A stretch of 64,000 nucleotides of DNA from Paraspadella gotoi (lineage: Eukaryota; Animalia; Chaetognatha). The stretch is taken from NCBI GenBank assembly GCA_051294375.1, contig CM119265.1, positions 10,992,379-11,056,378 of the forward strand, in the 5' to 3' direction. The notes below the pieces were generated by a model. That model worked only from the letters and a program-made list of their open reading frames with translations, was not told the DNA's origin and made no database searches. This document shows positions 24,101 to 38,582 of this stretch, one piece after another (positions within the stretch are counted from its first letter, which is position 1; each line of letters begins with the position of its first letter). Both the position numbers and the translations under genes were made by a program.

Positions 24101-27100
24101 ACCCACATATAACAGTNNNNNNNNNNNNNNNNNNNNNNNNNNNNNNNNNNNNNNNNNNNNNNNNNNNNNNNNNNNNNNNNNNNNNNNNNNNNNNNNNNNN
24201 NNNNNNNNNNNNNNNNTAAACTTATTGAAACTAAGGTTTTTCTTGATTATATGATGCAACCAGGTAATATTTTTGTTGAATATTTGAAATTATTTGTAAA
24301 ATTAATACTTAAATTCTTTTTAGATTTAAGCGTTTGTCCTCGCCTATTCACGTTAGTCCTCGCCTATTCACGTTTGTCCTTGCCTATTCACGTTTGTCCT
24401 TATGTTTGTCTATATACGTTTAATAATGTCAAATTGGAATCGCGTCTTTATTATTAAATGGAATTATAATTGGACTGCTTAAACCCTGTATAGCGTTTGT
24501 TTTATGAGAGAAAAACCCGCAACAACCTGTTTTAGTACTTAGTTGCTGTATAATCAAAAGCATATGTAATTTTGGTAAAAATTGGCTGAAAATTAAGTGT
24601 CCTGATTAAATTATGATAAAATAATACAACTAATGGTATTTAACATGTGGCTTACACTTTAATCTGCTGAATAAAATCATTTGACTTAAAATAAGTCATA
24701 TATGAACTGAGATATGACTTAAATAATCTTAATAAATATTTATCGTAAAGAGTTGGCAATAGGCTCAAAATGAAGGTCACATCCTATAGCTTCTAGTCCA
24801 TATATATTAAGTAAAATTATATCACATCATTATGGTAAATTATGTAAAAATTTTATTAATATTTTTTCAAATTTTTTGGGGAAAAGTTACAGAAACATGG
24901 GAGTGGTCTTAAATAAAAGCTCTCGGTTTACTGATATCGTTTGACATATAGATACAAAAGTTATCAAAAATTGACTTACCAACTTCAACTGCAATTAAAA
25001 AAAAACTGAGTTTGGAAAAATTTTTCGACTGAGCCTAAGCTTTTCCCCTGACATAAACCTTTCAGGTTTTCATCATTCCAGAAATGGTATATTAAGATTT
25101 TCTTTTTCCTCCTATAAAAAGAACCATGACCAAGAAATAAGCGATGAGGCTGAAACAGGCAAGCCTCAACCACACCCAGTGCGGGAGCGACATCGAGCCA
25201 ATAATCCACCAGAGTTGGGGAACAACTCCTGGATAGGCGAAGGGGACGGACGGATGGACGGACATCTTTTTTTTGCACAATTTATCATAATTCGATATTC
25301 TGACATGAGGGGGCGGACCGACAAAGTGAATTATAGAGTCGGGATCTGCTTATAAGCAGGACAACCGCTGCAGAGCTGAATTCGTTTTAAGACAAATCAG
25401 AAGAGGCAGCGATGGAAAAAAGAGAGAGAGCGACATATATTTAAAAGAGAGCGACATTATTAAAAGATCTTGATGATGATAAGCTATAACTAATTTTTTA
25501 ACTTCCTATAGTTACACAATTTTACAATTTCCAATTGTAAAAAAGCGTGACAACGACAACAACAACGGCACGAAGCAATTCTAAATAATTATATCGCCAA
25601 GACGGGCTTAAGCCTGTCTGGCGAAATAAAAATCTTCAGAAGTCATTACAAAAAAAAATTAACCTGTTGTTCCAATCATAATCAACGAAAATAATCCGGT
25701 ACATAGGACACTGAAGACCAGAAAAGCAATTACCTAAAAAGGAGATATATTACGCTCAGAATCAAAAATATAAAAAACAAGAAGTAGGACAACGTCAGAC
25801 CGACCGATCGTAAGAAAACAGAGTTATAGACTCTATAAAGAGTTACTCGCGGCGTAACTATAGTACCCGAAGCGTAGAGTGTCCTTTTTCCAGGGATGAA
25901 ATTTTTTAAATTTTTTTACGTCCAATGAGCTGATATTTTAAAATAATAGTCTCAACGTAGGTCTATTGCCCATTGGGTTAAAATTTAAATCAGACAATTT
26001 TAAACCACTTAAAAATAAGCCAAAAAAAAAATTTTAAAGTTGCAATACTTGGCCATTAACTTTTAAAAATTTTACATATACATACTCAAAAGGGTTTGTT
26101 GAGATGTTGTCAGAATATGAATAAAATTTGAACAGTTTTATTAGCATTTACTAAGGGAAATATTTTAGATGTGTCATTTTTTAATCAGTCATAACTATTA
26201 TATTAGTGAATATTATGTTTATATTACAGTCTTAGATGGGCCTTCGGTAGCTCTACAACATATATGAGTATCGGTCATCTCGAAAAAAATTTTGTCACAG
26301 GTCAAAATTTTAATAACAAAATTTAATTGTCATTTATACCTAAAATATGCAGAGAACTGGATTGATTTTTTAACCATATAATAGCCAAAGCATACTTTAT
26401 CTGCTGGTGGTCTAAAAAATTTAAATTAAAATAAGCATAATCTCATTTGCATATTTAAAGATTTTTCTACTTTACTAAGTTTCTCCTTACTAGGTAAGTA
26501 TTTTTTTATTTTGTTTTATGTGCATAACATTGGAACTCTTTCTCAGTTACAATATTTATCATTTTTCGATATAATTTAGTTAATTATTAAATTAATTTAT
26601 TAAGAATAATCTTTTTTTACAGACAGTCCATTAAACACTCGTTCTGCTACAGGGGCAGAGTTTCCTCTTTTTCCCGAATTTGGTATTTGCAAGCGCTTAG
26701 CGAACTTTTGACCAACGCCGGCAGAAAACCAAAAGGGGCAGCAGTATTGGAACGGTTCTTTGACTTTTTTTACTCAGCCCAAAAACTAACGAGAATAAAA
26801 ATGAGACTGCTAATGTCGTGCCTCTAGAATTAATTAACCTTTGGAAACTGGGTGATGCGCGAATCCCTGAAATCACCTGAAAACAATTCGGAAGAACATG
26901 CTCAACTTTCGAGCAGATCTCAGAAATCTTTCTGATAAATCCAAGTTTGGACGTTTGGTTTGTAGAGAATATCCAATTAATAAATTATATTAAAGGAATA
27001 AAATTATGATATTAACCTTTTTATATAATTTCAGATGGAATCTTTTTCGACTATTCGTGACTCTTATTTCGATGTCACTGCCGAAAATGCTATCGAAGAT

Positions 27101-30100
27101 ATTGATGCTGATGGAAAAAGACGAAAGCCGCCAGAGCCAAGGACGTAGAATTTGTTCACCGTCTTCGTTGCAACGTTTTCGTTAAATTTGGCGACCGCGA
27201 TTGGCAGAAACAAAGTCGGTTTGAACATGCCACCTTCCGCGAGCAAGAAAAACGAAAGCGGGAAGAAAATGAATTAAAGAGAAAGGTAAAAAAGAGAAGA
27301 AGCTTGATAAAAATAAGATTTGACTGGGAAAAATTGTTTAAAATATTTTGGCAGGAAACAACGGGAGTAGTTTCATCTGAAACCATCTACGACTCTGACG
27401 AATGGCAGCAGCGAGAGGAAACAGATCCTGATTGGGTTAGGCCGGAGCAAAAGTGAACATCTTTTTTTGACAATTTTATCATCATTCCGCATATTCTGAC
27501 ATGAGGGGGCGGACGACAAGTGAAATTATAGAGTCGGATCTGCTTATAAGCAGGACAACCGCTGCAGAGCTGGAATTCCGTTTTAAACAAATCAGAAGAG
27601 GCAGCGAGATGGAACAAAAAGAGAGAGAGCGACATATATTTAAAAGAGAGCGACAATATTAAAAGATCTTGATGATGAATAAGCTATAACTAAATTTTTA
27701 AACTTCCTATACGTATAAACATTTTACAAATTTCAATTGTAGAAAAGAAGCGTGACAACGACAACAAACAACGGCACGAAGCAATTCATAAATACAATTA
27801 GTATTGCCAAGACGGGCTAAGCCTGTCTGGTCCAAATAAAATCTTCAGGAAGTCATTACAAAAAAAAATAAACCCCTGTTGTTCCCATCATAATCAAAAC
27901 GAGAAAATAAATCCGGTACAATAGGAGACAGCTGAGAGAAGACGCAGAAAAAGCAATACTAAAAAAGGAGATATATTACGCTCAGAACAAAAATATAAAA
28001 ACAAGAAGTGGACAACGTCAGAGAGGACACCGGACCGAAGCGGTAAGAAAAGAACAGAAGTATAGACTCTATAGCAAGATTACTGCGCAGGGCAGAGTAA
28101 CAATAGTACCGGAGAGCGTAAAGTGTCCCCTGTATTCCAGGGATAGAAATTTTTTTTTTAATTTTTTTAACGGAGATCCAATGAGACCTGATATTGTAAA
28201 ATAAAAATAGTCTGCAACGTAGGGTCTATATTGCCCATAGGGTTTAGAATGTAAATCAGCACGAATTCTAGAACCACTTAAAAATAAAGCCCACAAAAAA
28301 AATTTAAAAGTTGCAATAACTTGGCCATTAAACTATTAAAAAATTCTGGACATATACATACTCAAAAAGGGGTTATGTGGAGATGTTCGTCAGGAATAAT
28401 GATAAACTTGAACAGTTTTATTAGAATTTACTAAGGAAATATTTTATAAAGATGTGTCATTTTTTTAATCAGTCATAACTATTATATTAGTGAATATTAT
28501 GCTTTTATATTACAGTCTTAGATGGGCCTTCGGTAAGCTCTACAACATATTGGTAATCGGGATCATCTGCGAAAAAAACTTTTTGTCCACAGGGTCAAAA
28601 TTTAATAACAAAATTTAAGTTTGTCATTTACTACCTAAAGATATGCCAGAGAACTGGATTGATTCTTTTTAACCATATAATAGCCAAAGCATACTCTTTA
28701 TCCCTGGTGGTCTAAAAAAATTTAAATTAAAATAAGACATAATCTCATTGCATATTTAAAGATTTTCGACTTTAACAAAATTTCCTCCTTACTAGGTAAG
28801 TATATATTTTTATTGTTTTAATGTGACATAAACAAAATTGCGAAGCTTTTTCTCAGTTACAAAATATTTATCATTTTTCGATATACATTTAGTTAATTAT
28901 TAAATATAAATATTATATTAGATGATATTTTTTCTTACAGACAATGTCCATTAAACACTCGTTATAGCTACACGGGCAGACGTTTCTCACTGTTCGCCGA
29001 ATTTGGTATTTGGCAAGCGGCTAAGCGAACATTCGACCACCACCGGCAGAACCACCAAAAGGGGCAGAGTATTGGGAATCGGTTCTTATTGACTTTTTTA
29101 CTCAGCCGCAAAAACCAAAACGAGGAGATAAAAAAATGAGAAAGACTGCTCAATGTAGGATGTACTTGCAGAAGCACAAAAAATTTAAAAATCTAGATTT
29201 TCCTTCATTCGAATGGTTTTATAACCTTATACTTTAAGCCTATCGAAGTGTTCTTGTAATCGTTATTTCAAGTTTGACTTTAATATTTGATTTACGCCAA
29301 GCTGTGAGTTTACGTCAAATTTTGGGAGTAACGTCTCCTTCTGCTGTCAATGGAATATTCAACAAAATTTTTGAAAAAACGCTTTTTTATAAATTAAAAA
29401 TACATAGTAGTATAAGAGTTCAGAATTTGAATGTTCTTTTTTTTACGTGTTTGTTGGCGCTGGTTGGCCGTAAAAAGTAACGCCAAACGTATTAGTACCT
29501 AGTTACATCATGTGGCGTTAATGATTATCTCAAAAAAAGATTTAAATATATTCATGTTAAATAAGTGTAAATGTTTATATTTAAATGGAAAAGAATTTGG
29601 CGTAAAATGCAGGTAAACCGTTTTAATATGATATCAATGATGGCGTAAAGACTTACAAATATTTTACTAGTAAAAAGCTATTCGGTAGGATTAAAGTGGT
29701 TTTAAAGATTTATCCGGACCTTGTTTTATACAGATTGGGACGTAGAAAGGCAGTAGAAATGAAACAAAAAAGAATATAAAATATATTTAATTTTGTGCGT
29801 GAAAAAACTTATTTCATTTTTCCAAAAATAAAGCTGATTCAAGTTACAGAATGCTTTGGCGTAGAATGGCGTAAAATTGACGTAAAAACTGCGCGCACTT
29901 TTATCACTCCTCATCTCTTTCCCTTTGCCTCCCTTTTCTTTTCTCTTTATTTTTCGGTTTGATTCTGTAAGGGGAAAAGTGACACAGGGGGGGTAAAAAG
30001 CTGAAAACATAAACGTTTGACCTTTAACTTAAGCTGGTTCTGATCATAATATATTTTTTCTTCTATAATCATTTGGGGAGAAGTAGGTTAAAAAATTCGA

Positions 30101-33100
30101 CGAGCTTAATTTTCATTAAAAAATCGTAAGAAGAAAATCTTTTTTCAAGTTTGTAGAGAGTGTTTTTCCAAAACACGGGTAAGATCTAAATTTTAAAAAA
30201 AAGATTTTCAGCCTTTATCAAAAAATTTCATAAGAAAAAAAAACTAGCAATCGAATCAAAATTAAGGTATCGACTGATTTTATTTAAACTTTCTTTTCAA
30301 ATGATTCTGTTAATTGGAATGAAAATAAAACTCTTGAAGTAAATAATATAAAAAGAAGAGAAAGAATCATGTACTTCTGCTAAATTCTTTAATATATTAT
30401 ACATTAGGAATCAATATAGTTTAATTATACATTTAAGGGATAAATATGAATTTAATTAATAATTATTACAAGTTTTGTTTCTGTAAGAATAGAATTTGAG
30501 TTTTGATTTGTCTGCTTTTTAAGTAAATATAAAATATAAAATATAATCTTGTAAGCCCTTTGTTCAATGAGGCTTAAGACCTAAAATTATGCTTTGTTTA
30601 CAGTAAACAATAAAAAAATATGGAATTAGTAAAAAAAATACTTTCTAATAAAAACATAAAATAGGATTATATAAATATTTTAGGTTAGGGTCAACTAAAT
30701 ATTTTTTACAATAATTATTAAATTTTTGTTTCGCGCTACAATAAGAGATAAGGAATTTTTTTTGCCAAGTTTCCCGTGCAAAGAAAAATTAATGACTATC
30801 ACCATTCAAATTCCTTTGAATGATAAGACCCTAAGCTTATGAATATCATATTTATCACTGGGTCCCTTGAAAATCAAAGAAAAAACGAATACCANNNNNN
30901 NNNNNNNNNNNNNNNNNNNATACCGAAAATAAATCTCAAATCATAGATAAAAAAAAAAACTAAGATACACCACGTGAAAGTCAGTGGACCAATTTTATTA
31001 AAAGTATCAGAAATTGTGGATCAAGAATGGTTCTTTAGGTTTATATTTGAACCTAGTTAAAAAAAAGACTATAAATAAAGATATTACCCATTATAATAAT
31101 TATAGGTATCATGTATATTTAGCAAACGAGGAAATGTTGTAGGCAGAAAAAAGGCATGATAATTCTTAAGATCATAATAAATATATTATATCAGTTTCAT
31201 ACATATTGATGATTCAAGGGCCTTAATATATAATAGGAAAGATGATATAAAATGACTATCGCCAGAACTGCTGCTGGCGCATTTTAGCGCATCATTTTTG
31301 GGAATCAAGAATGATCAATTTGTTGAGAGAAAATCCATTTGCATCTCCTGTAACCAGAGGTTTTGCGAGGAAAGCCTAGTTTTTGCGCAACAATAAAAAG
31401 AAATATTGCTTTCTGTACTATTCCAATATTTTTCTTATTTTAAAGATTCTTTTTCGATTTTTAGTTAGACTTACCCTTACAGTACCTATATTTAAAAAAT
31501 AAAATTTTTCTTTTTAGTATTTTTCATACAGTAAATATTTCAAAAAGCCTTGTTTTTTGGAATCAAATTCCCTATTATTTTTCGGCCGATAGAAAAAAAA
31601 ATTTCGGCGAATACTGCTAATCCCTAGCTAATGTCGTAGCTCTAGAATTAATTAACCTTTTGAAACTGGGTGACTCGCGAATCCCTGAAATCACCTGAAA
31701 CAATCGGAAGAACATGCTCAACTTTCGAGCAGATCTCAGAAATCTTTCTGATAAATCCAAGTTTGGACGTTTGGTTTGTAGAGATATCCAATTAATAAAT
31801 TATATTAAAGGAATAAAATTATGATATAACCTTTTTATATAATTCAGATGGAATCTTTTTCGACTATTCGTGACTCTTATTTCGAGTCACTGCCGAAAAT
31901 GCTATCGAAGATATTGATCTGATGGAAAAGACGAAAGCCGCCAGAGCCAAGGACGTAGAATTTGTTCACCGTCTTCGTGCAACGTTTCGTTAAATTTGGC
32001 GACCGCGATTGCAGAAACAAAGTCGGTTTGAACATGCCACCTCCGCGAGCAAGAAAAACGAAAGCGGGAAGAAAAGAATTAAAGAGAAAGGTAAAAAGAG
32101 AAGAAGCTTGATAAAAATAAGATTTGACTGGGAAAAATTTTTTTAAATATTTTGGCAGGAAAACAAGGGAGTAGTTTCATCTGAAAGCATCTACGACTCT
32201 GACAAATTGCAGCAGCGAGAAGAAACAGATCCTGATTGGGTTAGGCCGGAGCAAAAGTGAAAAAAATTTTGGAAACTTTCACCATAAAATGTACTCAACG
32301 TACTCAATGGTACTCAACTCAAATCCTTCATAAAGGCTGCTGATCGAGCTCGAATTTCCTCAGAAATTTATTCACTCTTCTTGCCGATTTTCTCACGGCT
32401 CACAATATATCTCTGTGAATACGCGATGGGGCCCATGCTGGATCTAAGAAAGATTGATTATATACAATATCTTTCTGGCCGTCGTTATTCTCGCTTTGGC
32501 TTCAAAAAAAGTCTCAAACTCAACTAGAATGGCGATGCCTGAAGCCCTCTTGAGCTCTGAAAGGTCCTAAGTAGAAATGGGAAAGCCGGAAATACACGGG
32601 TATATGAAAACAGCAAATTAGAAGATTACATTTCGCTGATTCATGGTTGTTTTTTCAGGTTCATTTGCAATATTTATCAATTATTTTTATATTTAATTAT
32701 ATCTAATTTCAATGACAATTATATTTATTACACAGCTTTGTCACTTTGAGCCATCTTTTTGTCGAAACCTGTGGAAGAATGGAATGATAACGCCAACTAC
32801 CACTCATTCTGCAAGCTTGTAAATGGATCTTCGCCACTCAATGATGCTGAGGAGAGGGTGGTTGAATTTGCAAGTGTTTAACAACGGTTCAATAACCCGT
32901 AATAAAACGCAACACGAAGCAATGCTTCAGGCGTTTGAAGAACATCGTCGATCTCACCCTAAGCCAAACAAAGTGTCTTATGAACTTCAAGTTTAAAATC
33001 AGTTAACAATAACAACACAAGAATTGTTTGCCTCTTGCCGTCACTTTCATGAGAGAAGATAAATGTTTAAAAAAATATAAAATTAACTTCCGGTATATTT

Positions 33101-33855
33101 TGCTTAATACTTTTTTAATTTTTAATAAATTACAACTACATCGGAGTTTTACTTTCATTTTAATCCATAATGATTAAAAACATCACATAAGATCCCTTCA
33201 ACATTTCAAAATATAAGTAAATCAATGAATCTGACGCATGTGGAACTTTGACGCCGCTGGGTCAAGCGAAATCTTTAAATAAGAGAATTTTATTTCGAAT
33301 CGAATGGTGGTTTTCCGAAGTTGTTGCGGGAAAAAATGTGTCTACCCATTAGCATATAAATTTCATCGGCAATGGCTAATATAAGAGGACTAAGCGTTTG
33401 AGCACGCCACTATGAGTCTATGTCAGAGAGATTGTTAAAATTCATTCACATCATTGTTGAGAAATATAACTTACAGTTCCGCTGTTTTTCACCGAAGCCG
33501 AGCAGATTCCGAGGATACCGCAAACCATAATGAAAATACCGCACCAGATTCCGGATCCAGTGTAGTGGTTACTCCATGCTCCAGCAGATTTAGCAAGATG
33601 GACTCCTACCGCCTGCAATATGAGCATGAGCACTCCCAAGACAAGCAAAATGATACCGACGGCTCGAGTCTGCCCCTCCAACACAGCCTCTTTCATAGTT
33701 GGAGTCTGGCGAGCGGGCGTGACCACTGGCGCCGGATGTGATGTGTAGACCAAATTTGCCGGAACCATCTCTTTGATAAGAATTTATAGAAATAAACATC
33801 TCAAAGTCATTAAACATTAACGATGTATTTTACCTGGATTGACTACAACGGCCAT
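21182..33855 (-). CDS. MS4A/CD20-like gene B; exons 33855-33834, 33770-33475, 25733-25664, [TM4 exon not found], 21398-21281, 21204-21182
   Basis: RAVGIILLVLGVLMLILQ..TGSGIWCGIFIMVCGILGICSAS; 70-nt exon VIAFLVFSVLCTGLFS; Pro-rich PPAY exon; terminal DNK exon as in gene A. Confidence 0.7.
26822..27457 (+). mobile_element. Partial duplicate of the transposase remnant at 31640-32260
   Basis: Near-identical sequence from ctctagaattaattaacc to gagcaaaagtgaa. Confidence 0.7.
27460..29150 (+). repeat. Noisy direct duplicate of about 25262-26815, including a corrupted copy of gene B exon 3
   Basis: Colinear match with many single-base indels. Confidence 0.8.
31640..33000 (+). pseudogene. Decayed, internally deleted DNA transposase (hAT-like, possibly hATm group)
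   Basis: C-terminal LSKPVEEWND..Y..V...PLNDAEERVV..YNGSIT...MLQAFEEHRRSHPKPNK (NDxAER-type motif) and N-terminal YFDVTA..KDVEFV; stops and frameshifts present. Confidence 0.6.
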
Positions 33856-36800
33856 GATATTAATATTCAGTTTTAGTGTGTTTTTTGTTGTTGTAGAATT
33901 GGACCAAGGCAATTCTCCTTTAAATCAGTAAAAAAATGTTTACCTGTGCATAAAAAGGCAATTGCTTTGCGATTTATAAAACAAAGACATTTACTACAAT
34001 AAGTTCGTGTCATTTTTAAAAAGGAACAAGTACCGTGATAAATTGAAAATGTGTTGAAAGCGTATTTTAATGTGCCAAATCTCAAGATTGTAATTGTAAA
34101 TTTAGTAAACAAAAATCTTAAAAGCATAAGGATCGTCGCAATTGCATAAGAAAAATCTGGATTGACGACAAATTTTGATATTAAAAAAAATCAATTTGAA
34201 AAAAAAAAAAATAATTTATAAACAGAAAGAAAAAGAAGAAAAGAATAAATAAAGAATAGAAAGGAAAGAAAGGAAAGAAAGAATAAAAAAAGAAAAGAAA
34301 GAATAGAAAGGAAAGAAAATAGAAAGGATAGAAAGGAAAGAAAGAAAGAAAGAAGATGAATAGAAAGAGAAAAAAAGAAAATTAATTTATAAACAGAAAG
34401 AAAAATTATATTTTGCAATTGTCAATTTACAGTTAGTTTCTGAAAAAAAAAAAAAAAATTCATTGTCAAAAGAATAAATATAAAACAGTAAAATAACTTA
34501 TTTTCGGAGTTTAATTTTTAGCAAGTGCTTAGACTGGAGTAACATTATTGAAGGTACTTTTGTTTTACTTTAAGCACGCATAAGCGAGCAGTTTGATCGA
34601 ATGCGACCTCTCTAAACACTGACAGCATTCCCAGACAAAAGACAAAAGTGAAACTTGAATCAGACTGACGAAGTGAAGTAAGACTAAAGTGAAATAAAAA
34701 CCCTATGGCGACGTTGGAAAAGGAGACGATGTTTATGATAATATACATTTATTCAATGTAAAACAGAGAATAGTATATAACAATGAAAGGTTTATTAGAG
34801 AGAGAATATCGTCCAACGGGGTTAACTTAAAAGGAGGAGAGCATGAGTCAAAAAGAGAGAGAAAGAGAGAGAAACGTCGGTCATAATCAAGTGACCCAAC
34901 GGGTCGAAAAGGCCGGTCGAATCGTCGACCATAGTCGTCGTCGACCGTCCTCCACAACCCGATGTTACTATAGGTTCCGCGTACAAACGTTGCATTTGGA
35001 AAAAAACAGACTCTTTCCACTATTGTCATTTTACTTTACAAGTTGATTAACTTTGTACCAACACAAATTAGGCCTGAAACGAAGGATTGGTTAAAAACAT
35101 CTCCACCCGTTTCTAATGATAAATAGTACCATTTTGGCATTTTAGCCAAAAAAATTATGTCCATTTTGTCCATTTTTTACTTACGACTTCTGATTTGAAT
35201 GCAAGGAAAGTTAGAAAATTTTTTACTTTGGAAATCCGTTCTTTCTTATCTTCTCACCTCTGGGTAAATTTATTAGCTTAAATCATTTAATAGTTTGCCT
35301 ATGAAATTAATTTTAAAGTTAACAAAGTCAAAAAGTTGGAGTTTCAGTCTTTATCATAATTTGTTAAACAAAAAATAAATCAAATTAGTTGAAATTAACA
35401 GAAATATAGCCTATTGAATAAGCTTTTAACACCTATAAAATTATCAAAAAAACTTTTATGTTTAGCCCACATAATTATTAAAGACGTCTTTAATTGTGAC
35501 TTTGTGACTTGCATTTATTTTTGATAAAGAGAATATTTTCAACTCATTTATTAGTTTAAAAGATGAGGTACATACTGACCCTGATTAATAAAAAAACCAC
35601 ATCCTTTTAATCCACTGGAAAGCATCAGGACTTGTTTTTTCTCAAAATCGATAGATTTGCGGAAAATTTTTCCGCAAATCTGTCGATTTACTAAATTTGC
35701 TAGGCAACCAAAATTGAAAGAAAAATCATGCGCTAACGTATTACCTTGATTCTTTCTTATAATGCATTTTAAATATTTTCTTTGATTTGGCTCAATGTAA
35801 ACGTAGTGAGAGAAAATAGAGAAAGGGAAAACAAGAAAAGGAGAAGGGAGAGAATAAAAGAGAGGTGAAAGGCAAAAAAAACGAAGGCAAATGGGGAAAA
35901 ATAGTGAAACAATTGTAAGGTAGAAAAGAGGGAAAAATGGAAAGAAAAAAGAGGGGGAAAAAAAGGGAAAGAATGAAAATGAGAAAAAAAGGTGAGGAAA
36001 GTGCATGAGTGACCGAAAAGGTAAGCGCCAAAAAAATGGTAAGTGAACAGCGTGAGAAGTAAGGGAGGAAAGCAGAAGAAGGAAAATATAAAGTAAGAGA
36101 AGAAAAGAAAAGAAAAGAAAAGAAAAGAAAAAAAATTGTATCAGATAATGTGGCGTCTTAGCTAAAATCTTTTGTATAAGTAAAAGACATGAGGATTCTT
36201 ATAAGGAATTCGATCTTTAAAAATCATCTGTACCATAAAAATTCAAGCATACTTTTTTCTAAAATTAAGCAGTTAATGAGATTATATTGACAAGCATTGA
36301 AGAAATTATGTCTTACCGTATTTNNNNNNNNNNGCCTCGCTTCGTCCACTCGTCGGGAAAGGTATTTTTGGGTGATTGAGGCATCAAGCATAAAGCATCA
36401 AGCATAAAAACACACAGAGAGAGAGAGAGAGAGAAAAGAAAGAAATCAAATGGCAGCAGCAGAAGCAGCAGGAGAAAAGAGAGAAAAAGAGAGAGCCCCT
36501 GCAGAGCCAGCTGCAGACTCAAAAGGCAGCAGCAAAAGCAGCAGGAGAAAATAGAGAAAAAGAATAAGCCCCTGCAGAGCCAGCTGCAGACTTTTTCTTT
36601 TCCTATGATTATGAATCAGTGAATAGGGAAAAGAGAAAGGGAGAGAGACATGTAATTAAATAAAAAAAGAGAGAGAGAGAGAAATATGAAAATAAAAGAG
36701 AGAAAATTTGTTTGTTTTGATAAAACGTAAACAAAACATATTTAATAACTGTCCAAACTCAATTTTAAGCACATCGATTATGAGAAGCTGTATATAAATT

Positions 36801-37462
36801 TTCAGCTTCATAAACCCAAATTTAATCATAAAAAAGGCGATCTATAATTTGGAACGCCGACAACGACGACGCCTACGCCACTTATGCGCATAAGTGTTAC
36901 AATATCGTCGCAATCGCTAAAAAACGTGATACGTAATTATTACGTAATTAGTAAACATAATAAGGAAATCATTAATCATGAATCCGTGATTTGAATTATA
37001 AAATTGTAGTCTAAAATTTTAAAGAAACTAGACGGTAAAGAGATAACTAAGAAAAATTAAGCAAAATTTAAAACGTATTTAGTCTTTACATATCAATTTT
37101 TTTCCTCATGATCAGATATAAAAATATCTATATTCTAAGGAACTAAGGAAACATTCACCAGTCATAAACAAAAACAGACAAAAACTGCGGAAAAATTAAA
37201 CTTTATCACAGAACAATCAGAACTTATTTTAAGACCTTGGACGGAACTTAGAACAAGTACAAAACGCCAGAATATAAAAAAAAAACTATCAAAATGGTCC
37301 GTAGGAAAAATTACCGCAAAATATATGATGGTGTGGACGAACAACGGTCTCAATCAAGGCAATGCAAAAAAAAATTGAATTATAGACCAAATAGTTATTT
37401 CAAAAGTATGTAAAATACTGATTGAGATTCTTTCATGTTTAGAAGCCCACCGAAGATACATA

Positions 37463-38582
37463 TCAATAATTTTGACCTTGCATCACAACAGGAACCTGCA
37501 ATAAAAATTATTAATGAATTTTTTTATAAAATTGGTTCATCCAACATGAAAAATATCCATTCATTGAATAAATAAGCCCTCCTGCCCCTGACATGGGACA
37601 GGCTATGAAATTGGTACAACTAATATAATATGTTATTCATTATTGAAGTACTTAAGCTGAACAAATTCAACCACAAAAGACGAACTGTCGACGCTACCTG
37701 CTGTTGAGTCCCGGCCATTACGTAGGTAGAGGACTGAGGCGGCAACGGGTCCGGACAGCAGCAAGCGCCGCAGGCTCTGGCCTTGTTGATGGCGATCGAG
37801 GAAACGATCATTCCCCAGAGAGAAAAACAGAAGACAAGAATGGCGTCGGCGAGCATCACGGACGCCATGGCTGTCATGGGCTCCTTGTTCGGATATTCCC
37901 AAAAAAGACGCCAGAGTGAGAGATCGACTCCTAAAGATAAACCACGCCAACGGATCACAATCGCTTTCGTTCGTAAAAAAAAAAATTCACATTATTTTTT
38001 ACCCATGGAGCCCATCATCACGGGAGAAAATATAGTGAGGCACAGAACGTTGAATACCAAAAACGAGATAACCTGCATCGACAGATGGAGTAAAAAAAAG
38101 TAAAAGGATAAATGTATAATTGCATATTGAATAAATTTCAGCGATCAAGTTGACGAGGCATCGATTCCTCGACGTCTTACCATAGCGTCAGTCTTGGTCG
38201 AAGCGGCGCACATGCCCAAAATGCCGCAAATGACGACCAAGGCGCCGCACCAAATGCCGGGACCGGTCTGACTGTTAGAGAAAAGGATTTCCCGGTGAGC
38301 AAAGATGAGAGCGGCAATCTGAACCCCGACCATGACGATGCCCAGGATCAGTTGAAAGATGCCGATGGTGGCGATCGTCGCCACGCCCATCACGTGCTCC
38401 ATCGCCTTACGCGGCGGCACGGGTTGAACGGGTGGCGGTACCACGACAACATGGGGCGGCGGCGCCGTCGCGAATGCTGTGGAGGGAAATGAAACTAATT
38501 GTTTGTCCTTCTACCAATACAATAGACAAAAAGGCGAATTCTGGAACAAAAACGTACTTGTCGGTTGAAATGTGGTAATCAT
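37463..38582 (-). CDS. MS4A/CD20-like gene C, intact 229 aa; exons 38582-38558, 38476-38181, 38072-38003, 37963-37698, 37495-37463
   Basis: Spliced length 690 nt in frame; IGIFQLILGIVMVGVQI, TGPGIWCGALVVICGILG, VISFLVFNVL, TM4 then CGACCC; exon 2 (296 nt) and exon 3 (70 nt) are the same sizes as in gene B. Confidence 0.85.
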
